NCBI GenBank assembly: GCA_001782015.1
Contig: MFNJ01000047.1
Span: 13,912 to 74,307 of the forward strand
Direction: 5' to 3'
From: Candidatus Levybacteria bacterium RIFCSPHIGHO2_01_FULL_36_15
Lineage (GTDB): Bacteria > Patescibacteriota > Microgenomatia > Levybacterales > GWA1-39-11
Length of the DNA stretch: 60,396 nucleotides
This document shows positions 19,464 to 29,658 of this stretch, one piece after another. Within the stretch, counting starts at the first letter, position 1, and every line of letters starts with the position of its first letter. The position numbers and the translations under genes were made by a program. The notes under the pieces are model-generated. The model was not told the origin of the DNA, searched no databases, and saw only the letters and a program-made list of their open reading frames with translations.

Positions 19464-22427
19464 ATGGATAAACAATCAGAAGTTAAATATAAACCAACAA
19501 TAATAGAGCCAAAATGGCAGAAGTATTGGGAGCAGAAGAGAATTTATTCTCCTGATTTAGACAAGGCTGCTGAGCCATTCTTCAATCTTATGATGTTTCC
19601 GTATCCGTCTGCTGAAGGTTTGCATGTGGGTAATATGTACGCTTTTACGGGAGCTGATGTATATGCGCGTTTTATGCGCGCAAAAGGATTTGATGTTTTT
19701 GAGCCAATAGGGCTGGATGGTTTTGGAATTCATTCAGAAAACTATGCTCTTAAAGTAGGTCATCATCCAGCGGAGCAAGCAGAGATTTCCCAGAAGAACT
19801 TTTATAGACAATTACGACTTACAGGAAATGCCTTTGACTGGACAAGAACGGTTGAAACCTACAATCCAAAGTACTACAAATGGACGCAGTGGATTTTTAC
19901 TCAAATGTTCAAAAACGGACTAGCGGTCAGGAAAAAGGCAGCAGTAAATTTTTGCCCGTCTTGCAAAACCGTCTTGTCAGATGAACAAGTTGTACAAAAA
20001 TCCGAAATCCGAAATCCGAAATCCGAAACAAATCCAAAATCCAAAATTATAAATTCAAAAATTACAGATATTGAGGAAAGGGTTGCGGTTTGTGAAAGGT
20101 GTGAGACGCCGGTTGAAAAAAGAGATTTGGAACAGTGGTTTTTTAAAATTACAAAATATGCGGATCGGTTATTGAATAATCTTGAAAATCTTGACTGGAC
20201 TGAAAAGGTAAAAATAGCCCAGAGAAACTGGATAGGAAGAAAAGAAGGAATCATAATCAAATATAAAATTCTGAACAGCAAATATGAAGTGGAATGTTTT
20301 ACAACAAGACCAGATACTAATTTTGGCGCTACATTTGTGGTTTTATCTCCTGATAATGCGTTAATAAAAAAAATTCTGAAACCCGCTTCGCAGCGAGGCG
20401 AGCAAGTTCAGGATGACAGAAGAAAGGAGATTGAAGATTATGTTGAAAAAGCAAAGAAAAAGACGGATCAGGAAAGGATGGAGGAGGGGAGAGAAAAAAC
20501 AGGCGTATTTACTGGCCTTTACTGCGTAAATCAGCTCAACAATTATAAAATGCCGCTTTATATTTCGGATTTTGTTTTGATGGGATTTGGAACCGGCGCG
20601 GTTGTGGGTGTTCCAGGGCATGATAAACGCGATTTTGAATTTGCCAAAAAGTTTAACCTTCCGGTTATCCGTGTGGTTGTGGGTTCTGATCATGACAAGT
20701 CTCCGATAACAGATATTAATCAGGTTCAGGAGGAAAATGGTGAGATGATCAATTCAAGCTTTCTTGATGGTTTGGATATTCATCAGGCAACCAATAGAAT
20801 GATGGATTATCTTGAAGAAAAAGGCTGGGGTAAACGTGAAACTACTTATCATCTTCGCGACTGGCTTATTTCCAGGCAAAGGTATTGGGGGCCGCCGATC
20901 CCGATGGTATATTGCCAAAATTGTGCTGACTCTAATCATTCATGGTTTACTTCTAAAAAAGCTCAATCTCACCATCGGGAAAATTCAAAATTCAAAATTC
21001 AAAATTCCAAGCATGAAATGCGTGGTTGGTACCCGGTACCTGACGATCAACTGCCAGTTCAACTGCCTTACATCAAAGATTTTAAGCCATTGGGTACGGG
21101 TAAATCTCCCCTTGCGAATCATCGGGATTTTTATAAAGCAGTTTGTCCTGAGTGTGGTGGAGTAGCTATGCGTGAAACGGATGTTTCAGATACGTTTCTT
21201 GACAGTGCTTGGTATTTCTTTAGATATATCGGGACGGAGTTTGATGAGATTCCATTTCCGTCGGAAGCGTTTGATAATGTCATCCTGAGGAGTGATAGCG
21301 ACGAAGGATCCCCTGACGATTCTGTAAGGCGAATGGGATTCTTCGCTAACGCTCAGAATGACAAAAGCGATAAGGTTCGAGATTCCGCTCAAAGAGCGAA
21401 AAAATGGTTGCCGGTAAACATGTATATAGGCGGGGCGGAGCATGCAGTTTTACATCTTTTATACGCGCGCTTTATGACAATGTTTTTTAAAGATCTGGGA
21501 TATATTTCATTTGAAGAACCTTTCAAGAAATTCTACGCGCACGGCCTTTTAATAAAAGAAGGCGCTAAAATGAGCAAGAGCCGCGGCAACGTAATTGTTC
21601 CGGACGAGTATATACAAAAATATGGTTCTGATACATTACGATGTTATTTGATGTTTCTGGGTCCTTTTGATCAGGGAGGGGATTTTTATGATAGCGGGAT
21701 TGAGGGAATGAGTCGCTTTGTTCGTCGGGTTTGGACTATGTTTACAAATGCAATTGCGGAATCACACCCCCGGGGTGTGCCGCAGGCGCAACACCACCCC
21801 GGGGGTGATATAACTACTCCTCGTCTTGCATTTATGCATAAGACGATCAAAAAAGTGACTGAGGATATCGAGAACCTTCGTTACAATACCGCGATCTCGG
21901 CTTTGATGGAGTGGTACAATTATTTAAGCTCAAATCTCAAAACTCAAAGCGCAAAACTAACAGAAGAAGAAATTATAACATTCTTAAAACTTCTTGCACC
22001 GTTTGCACCGCATATGACGGAAGAAATCTTCCAAAATGTCATCCTGAGGAGCAAAAGCGACGAAGGATCTCATTCTTCAGGGGATTCTTCGGCTGCGCCT
22101 CAGAATGACAACTTGTTTCGATCAATTCACTTAGAACCTTGGCCTGTCTATGACGAGAAATATCTTGAAGAGGAGTTCGTAATTATCGTGATTCAGGTGA
22201 ATGGGAAGAGAAGAGGGGAAATAAGTATTAAGTATCCCTGCTTCGCCAAGGCTTCGCGGGGCAAGCAAATATCAAGTATCCCTGCTTCGCCAAGGCTTCG
22301 CGGGGCAAGCAAATATCAAAAAGAGGTTGAAGAGATGGCGAGAGAGAAAATTCGTAATTTCCTGGAAGGAAAGGAAATCAGGAAAGTGGTTTATGTGCCG
22401 GGGAAGATAGTTAACTTTGTGGTGTAG
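19464..22427 (+). CDS. leuS: Leucine-tRNA ligase (987 aa) with several repeat-derived insertions
   Basis: MFPYPSAEGLHVGN (HIGH), FTTRPDT and GTGAV..VPGHD.RD (editing domain), DWLISRQRYWG, KMSKS, QVNGK. Confidence 0.97.
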   Translation: MDKQSEVKYKPTIIEPKWQKYWEQKRIYSPDLDKAAEPFFNLMMFPYPSAEGLHVGNMYAFTGADVYARFMRAKGFDVFEPIGLDGFGIHSENYALKVGHHPAEQAEISQKNFYRQLRLTGNAFDWTRTVETYNPKYYKWTQWIFTQMFKNGLAVRKKAAVNFCPSCKTVLSDEQVVQKSEIRNPKSETNPKSKIINSKITDIEERVAVCERCETPVEKRDLEQWFFKITKYADRLLNNLENLDWTEKVKIAQRNWIGRKEGIIIKYKILNSKYEVECFTTRPDTNFGATFVVLSPDNALIKKILKPASQRGEQVQDDRRKEIEDYVEKAKKKTDQERMEEGREKTGVFTGLYCVNQLNNYKMPLYISDFVLMGFGTGAVVGVPGHDKRDFEFAKKFNLPVIRVVVGSDHDKSPITDINQVQEENGEMINSSFLDGLDIHQATNRMMDYLEEKGWGKRETTYHLRDWLISRQRYWGPPIPMVYCQNCADSNHSWFTSKKAQSHHRENSKFKIQNSKHEMRGWYPVPDDQLPVQLPYIKDFKPLGTGKSPLANHRDFYKAVCPECGGVAMRETDVSDTFLDSAWYFFRYIGTEFDEIPFPSEAFDNVILRSDSDEGSPDDSVRRMGFFANAQNDKSDKVRDSAQRAKKWLPVNMYIGGAEHAVLHLLYARFMTMFFKDLGYISFEEPFKKFYAHGLLIKEGAKMSKSRGNVIVPDEYIQKYGSDTLRCYLMFLGPFDQGGDFYDSGIEGMSRFVRRVWTMFTNAIAESHPRGVPQAQHHPGGDITTPRLAFMHKTIKKVTEDIENLRYNTAISALMEWYNYLSSNLKTQSAKLTEEEIITFLKLLAPFAPHMTEEIFQNVILRSKSDEGSHSSGDSSAAPQNDNLFRSIHLEPWPVYDEKYLEEEFVIIVIQVNGKRRGEISIKYPCFAKASRGKQISSIPASPRLRGASKYQKEVEEMAREKIRNFLEGKEIRKVVYVPGKIVNFVV
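21278..21363. repeat. Palindromic element TGTCATCCTGAG...CTCAGAATGACA inside leuS (copy 1)
   Basis: Terminal inverted repeats; translates as VILRSDSDEGS...FFANAQND. Confidence 0.88.
22037..22110. repeat. Palindromic element TGTCATCCTGAG...CTCAGAATGACA inside leuS (copy 2)
   Basis: Same termini as copy 1; translates as VILRSKSDEGS...SSAAPQND. Confidence 0.88.
22230..22317. repeat. Perfect 44-bp tandem duplication inside leuS (30-nt hairpin element plus two AA[AG]TATC heptamers)
   Basis: aagtatc-cctgcttcgccaaggcttcgcggggcaagc-aaatatc occurs twice. Confidence 0.92.
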
Positions 22428-23226
22428 CAACGTCTCGATTTGCCGGAACAAGTATCCTGTATTCTAAATCTTCCGATTCAGAGTTTTCTATTCCCATGGG
22501 GATACAGCCGAGTTTATAAATTTCCATCAGCGGAATAAACGGGTTGCCACTCTGAAAACCCTTTTTGGCGAATAAATCTTTCCGGTCTTCCAGCAATGTC
22601 CATGTGCAGCCATCGGTAAAAGTACGAATAGCACCTGTTTCCCAAAAAATCTCATCATTAGATATATGACGTGTATTTTGAACTATGGAATTAAAAGTAG
22701 AATCGTGTGCAATTTCCCGGATGATTCTTTTCTCTTCAACTCTGTTGCTGATTTTTGCTACAGTATCAATCGCGTTTGCAACTTTACTATAAACTGTACG
22801 GATCATATGTTCCCATTTTCCAGGTTTGATACCTAGATCAGATTGAAAAACTACAGGCACAGGAGGTTTATTAAGCCGTGATAAATATTCATTAACTAAG
22901 TATGTGAGATTTTTTTCGTTTGCGTCAGCTTGGGGCACAGCCCATTTGACAGAGCCGATTTGCGATATAATTTGGGCCAGTTGGTCCGAATTTGGAAATT
23001 GTAATCTCCAGAGACAATCGGTCCAGAAGTCTTTTTGAGCCTCGGCAGGGTATGCTTGAAGTTTTACTGCGATTTCAGGAAGGCAGGTGTATTTTCCGGG
23101 ATCTTTTGATTTAGGCCATTTATTAGTTTTTTCAGGAAAAGATATTCCGGAAAAATGAAGATCCAATGATTCTTTCGCGATCCTTTGTCTTTCACCGGGC
23201 TTTGATAGTCTTTCTGCTGAATTCAT
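22411..23226 (-). CDS. Hypothetical protein, convergent with and overlapping the leuS 3' end
   Basis: ~271-aa ORF with TTGACT/GATACT promoter-like sequence upstream. Confidence 0.65.
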   Translation of the reverse strand: MNSAERLSKPGERQRIAKESLDLHFSGISFPEKTNKWPKSKDPGKYTCLPEIAVKLQAYPAEAQKDFWTDCLWRLQFPNSDQLAQIISQIGSVKWAVPQADANEKNLTYLVNEYLSRLNKPPVPVVFQSDLGIKPGKWEHMIRTVYSKVANAIDTVAKISNRVEEKRIIREIAHDSTFNSIVQNTRHISNDEIFWETGAIRTFTDGCTWTLLEDRKDLFAKKGFQSGNPFIPLMEIYKLGCIPMGIENSESEDLEYRILVPANRDVATPQS

Positions 23227-23482
23227 AATCAAATAGTATCACAATGTAGCAAACCAGTCAAGATTGTTTGAGGGAAAGGTTGGGGATTTTGTGACGCAAG
23301 CAGCTACAGTTAATTGAAGGATTATAGGTTTATCCTCCTTTGCAGAAGACCATGTTGCACATGTGGGATGTGGATGAATGCGTTTCTGCTTCGGCAGGAT
23401 TTTGCTCCACGAAGGAGAAGACGTTCGTCCCGATGGACTCAGTCCGAGGGATACCACGTCACGCAAAGCGGGGGGTGGAGTT

Positions 23483-26122
23483 TCATTTTGCAGTTACATT
23501 AACAGTATATGTTGCCAAATTGCCAGCAAGATCATAAGCTTTGGCAGAAAGTGTATAATTAGCTCCCTTTTTGGCAGGTACAAACCAAGTACAAGTAAAG
23601 GGTGTAGTCGTATCGCTACATTTAAGTGTACTGTTAACATAAAATGCTACTTTAGCAACACCTATATTATCTGTGGCTGTGGCTGTAATAGTGGTTGTTT
23701 TATTTCTTGCAACTATACCACCATTTACTGGATAAGTAATAGTGACTATTGGAGGAGTAAGATCAGGTGTGGAAGTTGGTGTCGGCGTAGGAGGAACAGG
23801 CGTAGGAGTGGGGGTTGAAGTTGGTGTCGGCGTAGGAGTGGCTGTAGACCCCAATATTTGGAAATTATCAATAAACCACCCCTCATAATTATTATTATAC
23901 TTATCCACTGTGTTGAAATCAAATTCAATTTTAATATCTTTTCCATCATAGGCTGAGAGGTCTATGGTTTCTTCTTTAAAAACTCCATTGGTGATCATTG
24001 GATAAAGTAAAGTCTCCAGATTCACTATGCCACGATAATAAATTTGTACCCTGGCTATATCCCACAAGTAAGGATCAGGTTCTGTAGATAAGGAATATCT
24101 AAAAACAAGATGCGTGTTCTGGATACCAGTCAGATTGATACTCGGAGAAACTAAAGTCCCAGCGCTTCCAAATCCATTATCATAGTTGCCAGTTTGCTCA
24201 TTTCCATAATACCAAGAAGTTATAGGGCTAACAGATTTTCTTAGGCTCTGATGCCAAATGACATTTTCTTCACCAGGACTTTTAAATACCGTCCAACCAT
24301 TAATACCATTCTCCATATTATCGCTAAATATGACAATTGGATTAGTGGTTGTGGCAACTACCACATTTGAGATGGCTGAGGCATTGCCTGCATTATCCAA
24401 AACTTTCATAGCAAGATAATAAGTAGTGTTTGGAAAAAGCCCTGCTAATTTAAAGGTTTGAGTTTGACCAGAAGCCAGTGGTATTGGAACATTAACGGCT
24501 TGAGATACTGAGTTAAAGTTATTTTCATCAATAGGCACAGTCGAATATCGCAGATCATAACGAGTTGCTTGACCAACTAATCCGTCATCTCCTACAGTTG
24601 TCCAAGTTAATTTCACATAATTAAAATCAATCGAGACTGCAGCTAAATCAGTGATAGCTGAAGGCGGGACTTTGTCGTTATCAAAAAAATTGTAGATATT
24701 AAGTCTACCATTGGTAACAGTTTTTCCCTGCAAAGCAATAACCGTATCAGAAAAATTCATGATCTTATTTTTTATCTCAGAATGTGATAGTTGGGGCGAA
24801 AAGCTCCAAAGAAGAACCGCTGTTCCTGAGACATGCGGTGTGGCCATTGAAGTCCCATTTAAATAGCGATAACCAGAAGGATCGCATAATTTGCAAGCGC
24901 CTTTAGGCACTGTAGAATAAATATTCACGCCAGGCGCACCCAGGTCAACTGTTGTCAATCCATAATTAGAAAAGCTTGCCAATTGATCTTTATAGTCAGT
25001 CGCGGCTACAGAAATAATATTAGGCAAATCATAAGAAGAGGGATACATGGGAAGTAAATCATTGTCTGAAGAATTATTACCCGCAGCCGCAATAAAAAGA
25101 TTACCAGCATTATTAGCAACTGTTATAGCTTCATATAAAGCTTGGGAATTAGCCCCTCCACCCCAGCTATTACTAGTAATTTTAAAACCCATTTGGTTGG
25201 CATATAAAATTGCTTTGACAGCATTGTCAGCAGTCCCTGAACCATTGGCGTCTAAAAATTTAATTGCGGCAATCTTGGCTTTCCAGTTTACCCCTACTAC
25301 TCCAAGTCCGTTGTTTCCTACCGCACCAATAGTTCCTGCCACATGAGTGCCATGACCATGATCATCAAAAGGGTCAGGATCGTTATTGACAAAATCATAA
25401 CCATAGATGTCATCTATGAATCCATTATTATCATCGTCAACGCCAGCCGAACCACTCTGTTCAGCTGTATTCACCCATAAATTATCCTTCAAATCCTCAT
25501 GAGTGTAATCAATGCCAGTATCAATTATGCCAACAACCAAGTTACTATCATGAATTGTGCTCCAAGCCTCAGGTGCATCAATATCAGCATCCGTTGTACC
25601 ACCATTTTGGCCATTATTATTTAATCCCCAAAGATTGGTAAAGCTTGGATCATTGGGAACTGATAAGGTTGTAACTATATAATTTAGCTCAGCGTATTCA
25701 ACGTTTTCATCTTTGTTTAAGGCTCTAAGCAAATTAGTCAGCTCTTGATCCAGGACTTCGGCTTTATATAATCGATCTAAACCCACTTTTTCTATCTGCT
25801 TTTGAATTCCACTCTTTAATTTATGCTTTGCTAAAATTTTATTTAGGAATTTTATGTTATATTCTTTAGAGAATTTCTCATCAGGGAAAAAGTCTTTTTT
25901 GAATTTGATAATGATTTCTCCTGGCACATGTTTGTTGATTTTAACTCCATTCTGTTGTCTTGGTTTTTGAGGTGTGGCTTCTACTCTTTGTGTTATCTTT
26001 TGTTTTTGTCTGACAAGAAGGGTTGTGATAGAAAGAGAAATAATAAGAATAATTAAAGTAGTCAAATTTAATAACTTTATAATAGGAATTCTCTGAATAA
26101 ATTCTTTTATTCTTTTCTTCAC
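23483..26122 (-). CDS. Membrane-anchored S8 subtilase with FN3, beta-sandwich, Pro/Thr linker and C-terminal Ig-like domain
   Basis: Catalytic triad VGIIDTG, HGHGTHVAG, GTSMATPHV; N-terminal TM; GTG start. Confidence 0.93.
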   Translation of the reverse strand: MKKRIKEFIQRIPIIKLLNLTTLIILIISLSITTLLVRQKQKITQRVEATPQKPRQQNGVKINKHVPGEIIIKFKKDFFPDEKFSKEYNIKFLNKILAKHKLKSGIQKQIEKVGLDRLYKAEVLDQELTNLLRALNKDENVEYAELNYIVTTLSVPNDPSFTNLWGLNNNGQNGGTTDADIDAPEAWSTIHDSNLVVGIIDTGIDYTHEDLKDNLWVNTAEQSGSAGVDDDNNGFIDDIYGYDFVNNDPDPFDDHGHGTHVAGTIGAVGNNGLGVVGVNWKAKIAAIKFLDANGSGTADNAVKAILYANQMGFKITSNSWGGGANSQALYEAITVANNAGNLFIAAAGNNSSDNDLLPMYPSSYDLPNIISVAATDYKDQLASFSNYGLTTVDLGAPGVNIYSTVPKGACKLCDPSGYRYLNGTSMATPHVSGTAVLLWSFSPQLSHSEIKNKIMNFSDTVIALQGKTVTNGRLNIYNFFDNDKVPPSAITDLAAVSIDFNYVKLTWTTVGDDGLVGQATRYDLRYSTVPIDENNFNSVSQAVNVPIPLASGQTQTFKLAGLFPNTTYYLAMKVLDNAGNASAISNVVVATTTNPIVIFSDNMENGINGWTVFKSPGEENVIWHQSLRKSVSPITSWYYGNEQTGNYDNGFGSAGTLVSPSINLTGIQNTHLVFRYSLSTEPDPYLWDIARVQIYYRGIVNLETLLYPMITNGVFKEETIDLSAYDGKDIKIEFDFNTVDKYNNNYEGWFIDNFQILGSTATPTPTPTSTPTPTPVPPTPTPTSTPDLTPPIVTITYPVNGGIVARNKTTTITATATDNIGVAKVAFYVNSTLKCSDTTTPFTCTWFVPAKKGANYTLSAKAYDLAGNLATYTVNVTAK

Positions 26123-26197
26123 TATTTATGTAGTATCACATAGAGATTATGTTTGTCAAATGGCATCTGTGTATGAATTCACCATTTACCAGCACTA

Positions 26198-26304
26198 TTG
26201 TCATCGCGAGTCCCGATTTATCGGGACGTGGCGATCTCATAAGATTGCTTCGCGGAGTTTACACTGAGATTGCTTCTCCGTCAACTGACGGATCGCAATG
26301 ACAA
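26198..26304. repeat. Composite palindromic element TTGTCATCGCGAG...CGCAATGACAA with nested hairpins
   Basis: Terminal IR; inner gtcccgatttatcgggac, two agattgcttc copies, and ctccgtcaactgacggatc (similar to 14539-14557). Confidence 0.82.
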
Positions 26305-26456
26305 AATCGTGTCGTAAGAGTGAGATCTTACTTTGGATTAGTAATGTTAACTTGAATAATAGTTGATTGGTAGAGAAAATATTTAAAATTGACAGTTTTG
26401 ACCACGTCAAACCGCATCAGACGCTGTTTTGAAACGTTCTGTAGTTTAGAAAATAT

Positions 26457-27623
26457 TCACGAGGGGATTGCGGGCAAAAGTTTTAAAATCTTGTCAAAAT
26501 AGTTTTTGGAATATATTGTGGTAAATGTGTGCGGCAGGGGGAAAATATCTTTTTTACCAATCTTTTCTGAGATCTTTATTTCTGCACAATTATAGTTTTT
26601 ATAATAATCTTCCAGGACAAGGTCAACTTCCTGGCCACCGTACTCTCTGTAAAAATACATGTTTTGATTGATATACAGGTTTTTACGTCTTTTTTCTATT
26701 TCTGAGATAATAAAATTCTCAAAGACACCGCCTTTGTCGGGTCGTAAATCCAATTCCCGGAAATCCTTAACCAGAATATTCCTAATACCCAGATCATAAA
26801 AGAAGAGTTTTCGATTCTCTGAAACTGCCCGTCTTAAGTTAGTTTTAAAAGACGGCAAAGGAATTAAGATATAGTTTTTTATAAATATCTCAATATAATT
26901 TGAGACCGTGCTCACATTAGCCTGAAGGCTGTTGGCAATTTCCCGGATAGATACTTCTGATCCTAACTGAAGAGCGATTTTAGTCAGAATATCTTTGGCA
27001 AGTTTTTCATTTTTAAGATCATATATTTGAGTGATGTCTTTTAAAATATAAGTGTCAAAGATATTTTGTAAAAGCTCGATTTTCTCTGTGTTGGAAAACT
27101 CATCCTTTGTGTAAACTTCAGGATAAGCACCAAAAATCTGCAGTTTTTGTAAGAGATCATGCTCGAAAACACTTTTATCATAAGAAAGTATTTGGGTGTT
27201 GTCGGCAATTTCTGTTATGGAAAGCGGAAGACAAAAACTCTCAGTAAAACGGCCGGCCAGTGTATCAAAATCTTCACCGCTTTTTTGTCTAAGTTCACTA
27301 CTGCCGGTTGCGATAACTTTTACCTTAAATTCATCGTGAAGAATTTTAAGAGCTACGGTTGATTTGGGATGACTTTGTACCTCGTCAATTAAAATAACTT
27401 TATGCTCTGAAGCAATTTTTTCCATTACTTCACGTCTGGGGATGAATTTTTCCGTATCTGATTCAAGGTCAAAATTAAAAACAGGTACAGATAAAGATGT
27501 AGACAATTTCTTAAGCAGTGTGGTTTTTCCTGAACGTCTTGGACCCCATATAAAAAAGATTTTATGGTTATCTCCTTTTAGATAAGACTCCAATCTGTTT
27601 TCTATAGCTCTTCTTAACATCAT
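26457..27623 (-). CDS. AAA_14 ATPase with DUF4143 domain
   Basis: GPRRSGKTT, LIDEVQ, ATGSS, LAGRF, FFYDLGIRN, FENF, QEVDLV. Confidence 0.9.
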   Translation of the reverse strand: MMLRRAIENRLESYLKGDNHKIFFIWGPRRSGKTTLLKKLSTSLSVPVFNFDLESDTEKFIPRREVMEKIASEHKVILIDEVQSHPKSTVALKILHDEFKVKVIATGSSELRQKSGEDFDTLAGRFTESFCLPLSITEIADNTQILSYDKSVFEHDLLQKLQIFGAYPEVYTKDEFSNTEKIELLQNIFDTYILKDITQIYDLKNEKLAKDILTKIALQLGSEVSIREIANSLQANVSTVSNYIEIFIKNYILIPLPSFKTNLRRAVSENRKLFFYDLGIRNILVKDFRELDLRPDKGGVFENFIISEIEKRRKNLYINQNMYFYREYGGQEVDLVLEDYYKNYNCAEIKISEKIGKKDIFPLPHTFTTIYSKNYFDKILKLLPAIPS

Positions 27624-27763
27624 ATTATATATAGTAGCATTAAATTGTATAATGTCAATATACAGATTAAATATAAAATGGACTATTGTATGCAATCCCA
27701 AAATTCACCTATTTACGTGAAGGGGAGGATTGTGAATTTTGTGGTGTGAGGATCCCCACTCAA

Positions 27764-27865
27764 TTACTTTGATGTGACCGTAACCGTGCTGCTTGTTTTT
27801 GTATTTCCAGCCAAATCATAGGCTTTGGCAGATATAGAATGTTTGACGTTTGGTTTGCTGGAAAA
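27764..27865 (-). pseudogene. Orphan 3' fragment of an Ig-like C-terminal domain
   Basis: Translates FSSKPNVKHSISAKAYDLAGNTKTSSTVTVTSK*, matching the tails of the S8 and C1A proteins; no parent gene. Confidence 0.8.
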
Positions 27866-28155
27866 TAAAACAACTACTGGGTGTATTTAGATAAAAATGA
27901 ATTATCAAAGAATAAAAAATAAAAAAATGCTGTTTTTCAAATTTAACCTCAAATTAATTTTGCAGCTGATAGTCTTTGATATATTTAGACTTAAAAAATG
28001 GGTTTTTCCCCAATTTCTATTTTTCCCGTTTTATCAATATCACCGGTGTTTCGCTAAACTGTTTTTATCTATTAAAAAGGATTGATGGTGTAATCCACGG
28101 TGCAGCTTTTATGGAGATATTTTTAGTTTAAAATGATAAATATGAAAATAGTAAT

Positions 28156-29361
28156 TTACTTAAGGATTAATCTATAAAGGTTTATGGGAGCCTCGTCTAT
28201 ATTCAGGTTTGTTAATATTACAAGACTGTTTCCATCATTCCAGGGGAAAACAAAGTCATCAACAAAAGGTCCTGCATAAACAGTGGTGACATTACCTCCG
28301 TCATATTCGGTGACATTGATTTTACGATCTTTCACAAAAACCAGATGTCTTGAGTCAGGATACCAGGTAAATCTTGGCATATTTTCATCTTTTCTAAGCT
28401 GTGACCTGTCAAAAATGAGATAATTTCTATCCTCTTTTATGTCATAAACATACAGGTTTCCTTTTTGAATATTTCTCTCTTCTGGGGTAGAGTCTGTTCC
28501 TATTACTCTTGGAGTAATCAGGATCGGAATATTCGCGCTTCTGGAAGCCTCATAAAGCACCGTATCCTGTTCAAGAGAAAAAGTGGGATTTTGGAAGTTT
28601 TCATTTATCAAGTCTGTGAGTTTGTTGTTCTGGTCGTCAATCAGTTTTTTAATTTTTTCAGCTTTCTGCTTTTCCCACGTATTTTTAATTTGAAGAATGG
28701 TTTCAGTTACATCTTGGAATCTATCACTAAAACCTTTTGTTGATAAAAGATATGTGGCTGGGTTTATTCCCAGAGAAACAGTGGCCAAAAGTTGTGTTCC
28801 GTCGGGTGAAAATTCAAGCAAAGCATTGGAAAAATCAACAAATGAATTATCTGCAATTTGAGTACTTGCTCCGCCAATGTTTAAGATGGGTTTTGAGTTC
28901 ATGTCAAGCACGTAAATCCCGTTTTTTTGCGCTGAAGCAGAAGACACTGTATAAGCAATAAGAGTTTCAGTTGAATCAAGAACAGGATTTTGAGCCCCGG
29001 TAGATGTTGTAGATTCAAGCTTGGGAGCCGTTGGAAAGAGTAGTGCGTCGGCTCTGCTTACAACCTCTTTTTTAATTGTGATTTTCTTATTCCAGGCAAA
29101 ATATCCGTCTTTTACTATTTTTATTTCATAATCGCCCGGAGTAAGATTTATGGTATTATTTGTAGCAGTTGCTATTTGATTGTTTACGAACACTTTGGCT
29201 GCGTCGGGCTTACTTGTTAAGACAAGAAGGCCGGTTCCTTCTACCATCGGACTGCCATTGTTGGGTACAATTCTGTAGCCTTTAGCATAGAAAATCCCAA
29301 TCAGTGTTCCGATAAGCAAAAAAGAAAAAATCATTATTCCTGTAACAACAACCCTTTTCAT
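28156..29361 (-). CDS. PEGA-domain membrane protein with C-terminal beta-propeller-like repeats
   Basis: TM, then GLLVLTSKPDAAKVFVN...LTPGDYEIKIVKDGY..W.K; FSPDG and WYPDS repeats. Confidence 0.85.
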   Translation of the reverse strand: MKRVVVTGIMIFSFLLIGTLIGIFYAKGYRIVPNNGSPMVEGTGLLVLTSKPDAAKVFVNNQIATATNNTINLTPGDYEIKIVKDGYFAWNKKITIKKEVVSRADALLFPTAPKLESTTSTGAQNPVLDSTETLIAYTVSSASAQKNGIYVLDMNSKPILNIGGASTQIADNSFVDFSNALLEFSPDGTQLLATVSLGINPATYLLSTKGFSDRFQDVTETILQIKNTWEKQKAEKIKKLIDDQNNKLTDLINENFQNPTFSLEQDTVLYEASRSANIPILITPRVIGTDSTPEERNIQKGNLYVYDIKEDRNYLIFDRSQLRKDENMPRFTWYPDSRHLVFVKDRKINVTEYDGGNVTTVYAGPFVDDFVFPWNDGNSLVILTNLNIDEAPINLYRLILK

Positions 29362-29552
29362 TAAAAGTAATTATATACTATACTCTTCGCATTTGAAAAT
29401 GCTACGGTATCTGCGACTTCGCTTTGCTTTTGCAAAAAAGACTAAATTTAAAAAATTTTCCCGCTCTTGAAAGTTATTTAATATCCGAATATAATAAAAG
29501 ATGATTGAAGCACACTTGATATAGAAAAGTGATCTTTTGATACATTTAATTA

Positions 29553-29656
29553 GTTCAAAATTCAAAGTATAAAGTTCAAAGTCGTAATTCAAGATTTAAG
29601 GTTACAGCCAAATTGCAGCTTTTAATTTTTAACTTTGAACTTTTAACTTATAAATC
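29553..29656. repeat. Inverted heptamer arrays upstream of mreB
   Basis: gttcaaaattcaaagtataaagttcaaag ... ttttaatttttaactttgaacttttt. Confidence 0.75.
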
Positions 29657-29658
29657 TT

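Noticed and set aside
23239-23480. GC-richer intergenic stretch with several short overlapping ORFs
   Set aside because: No coherent reading frame; only a small ggactcagtcc hairpin is supportable
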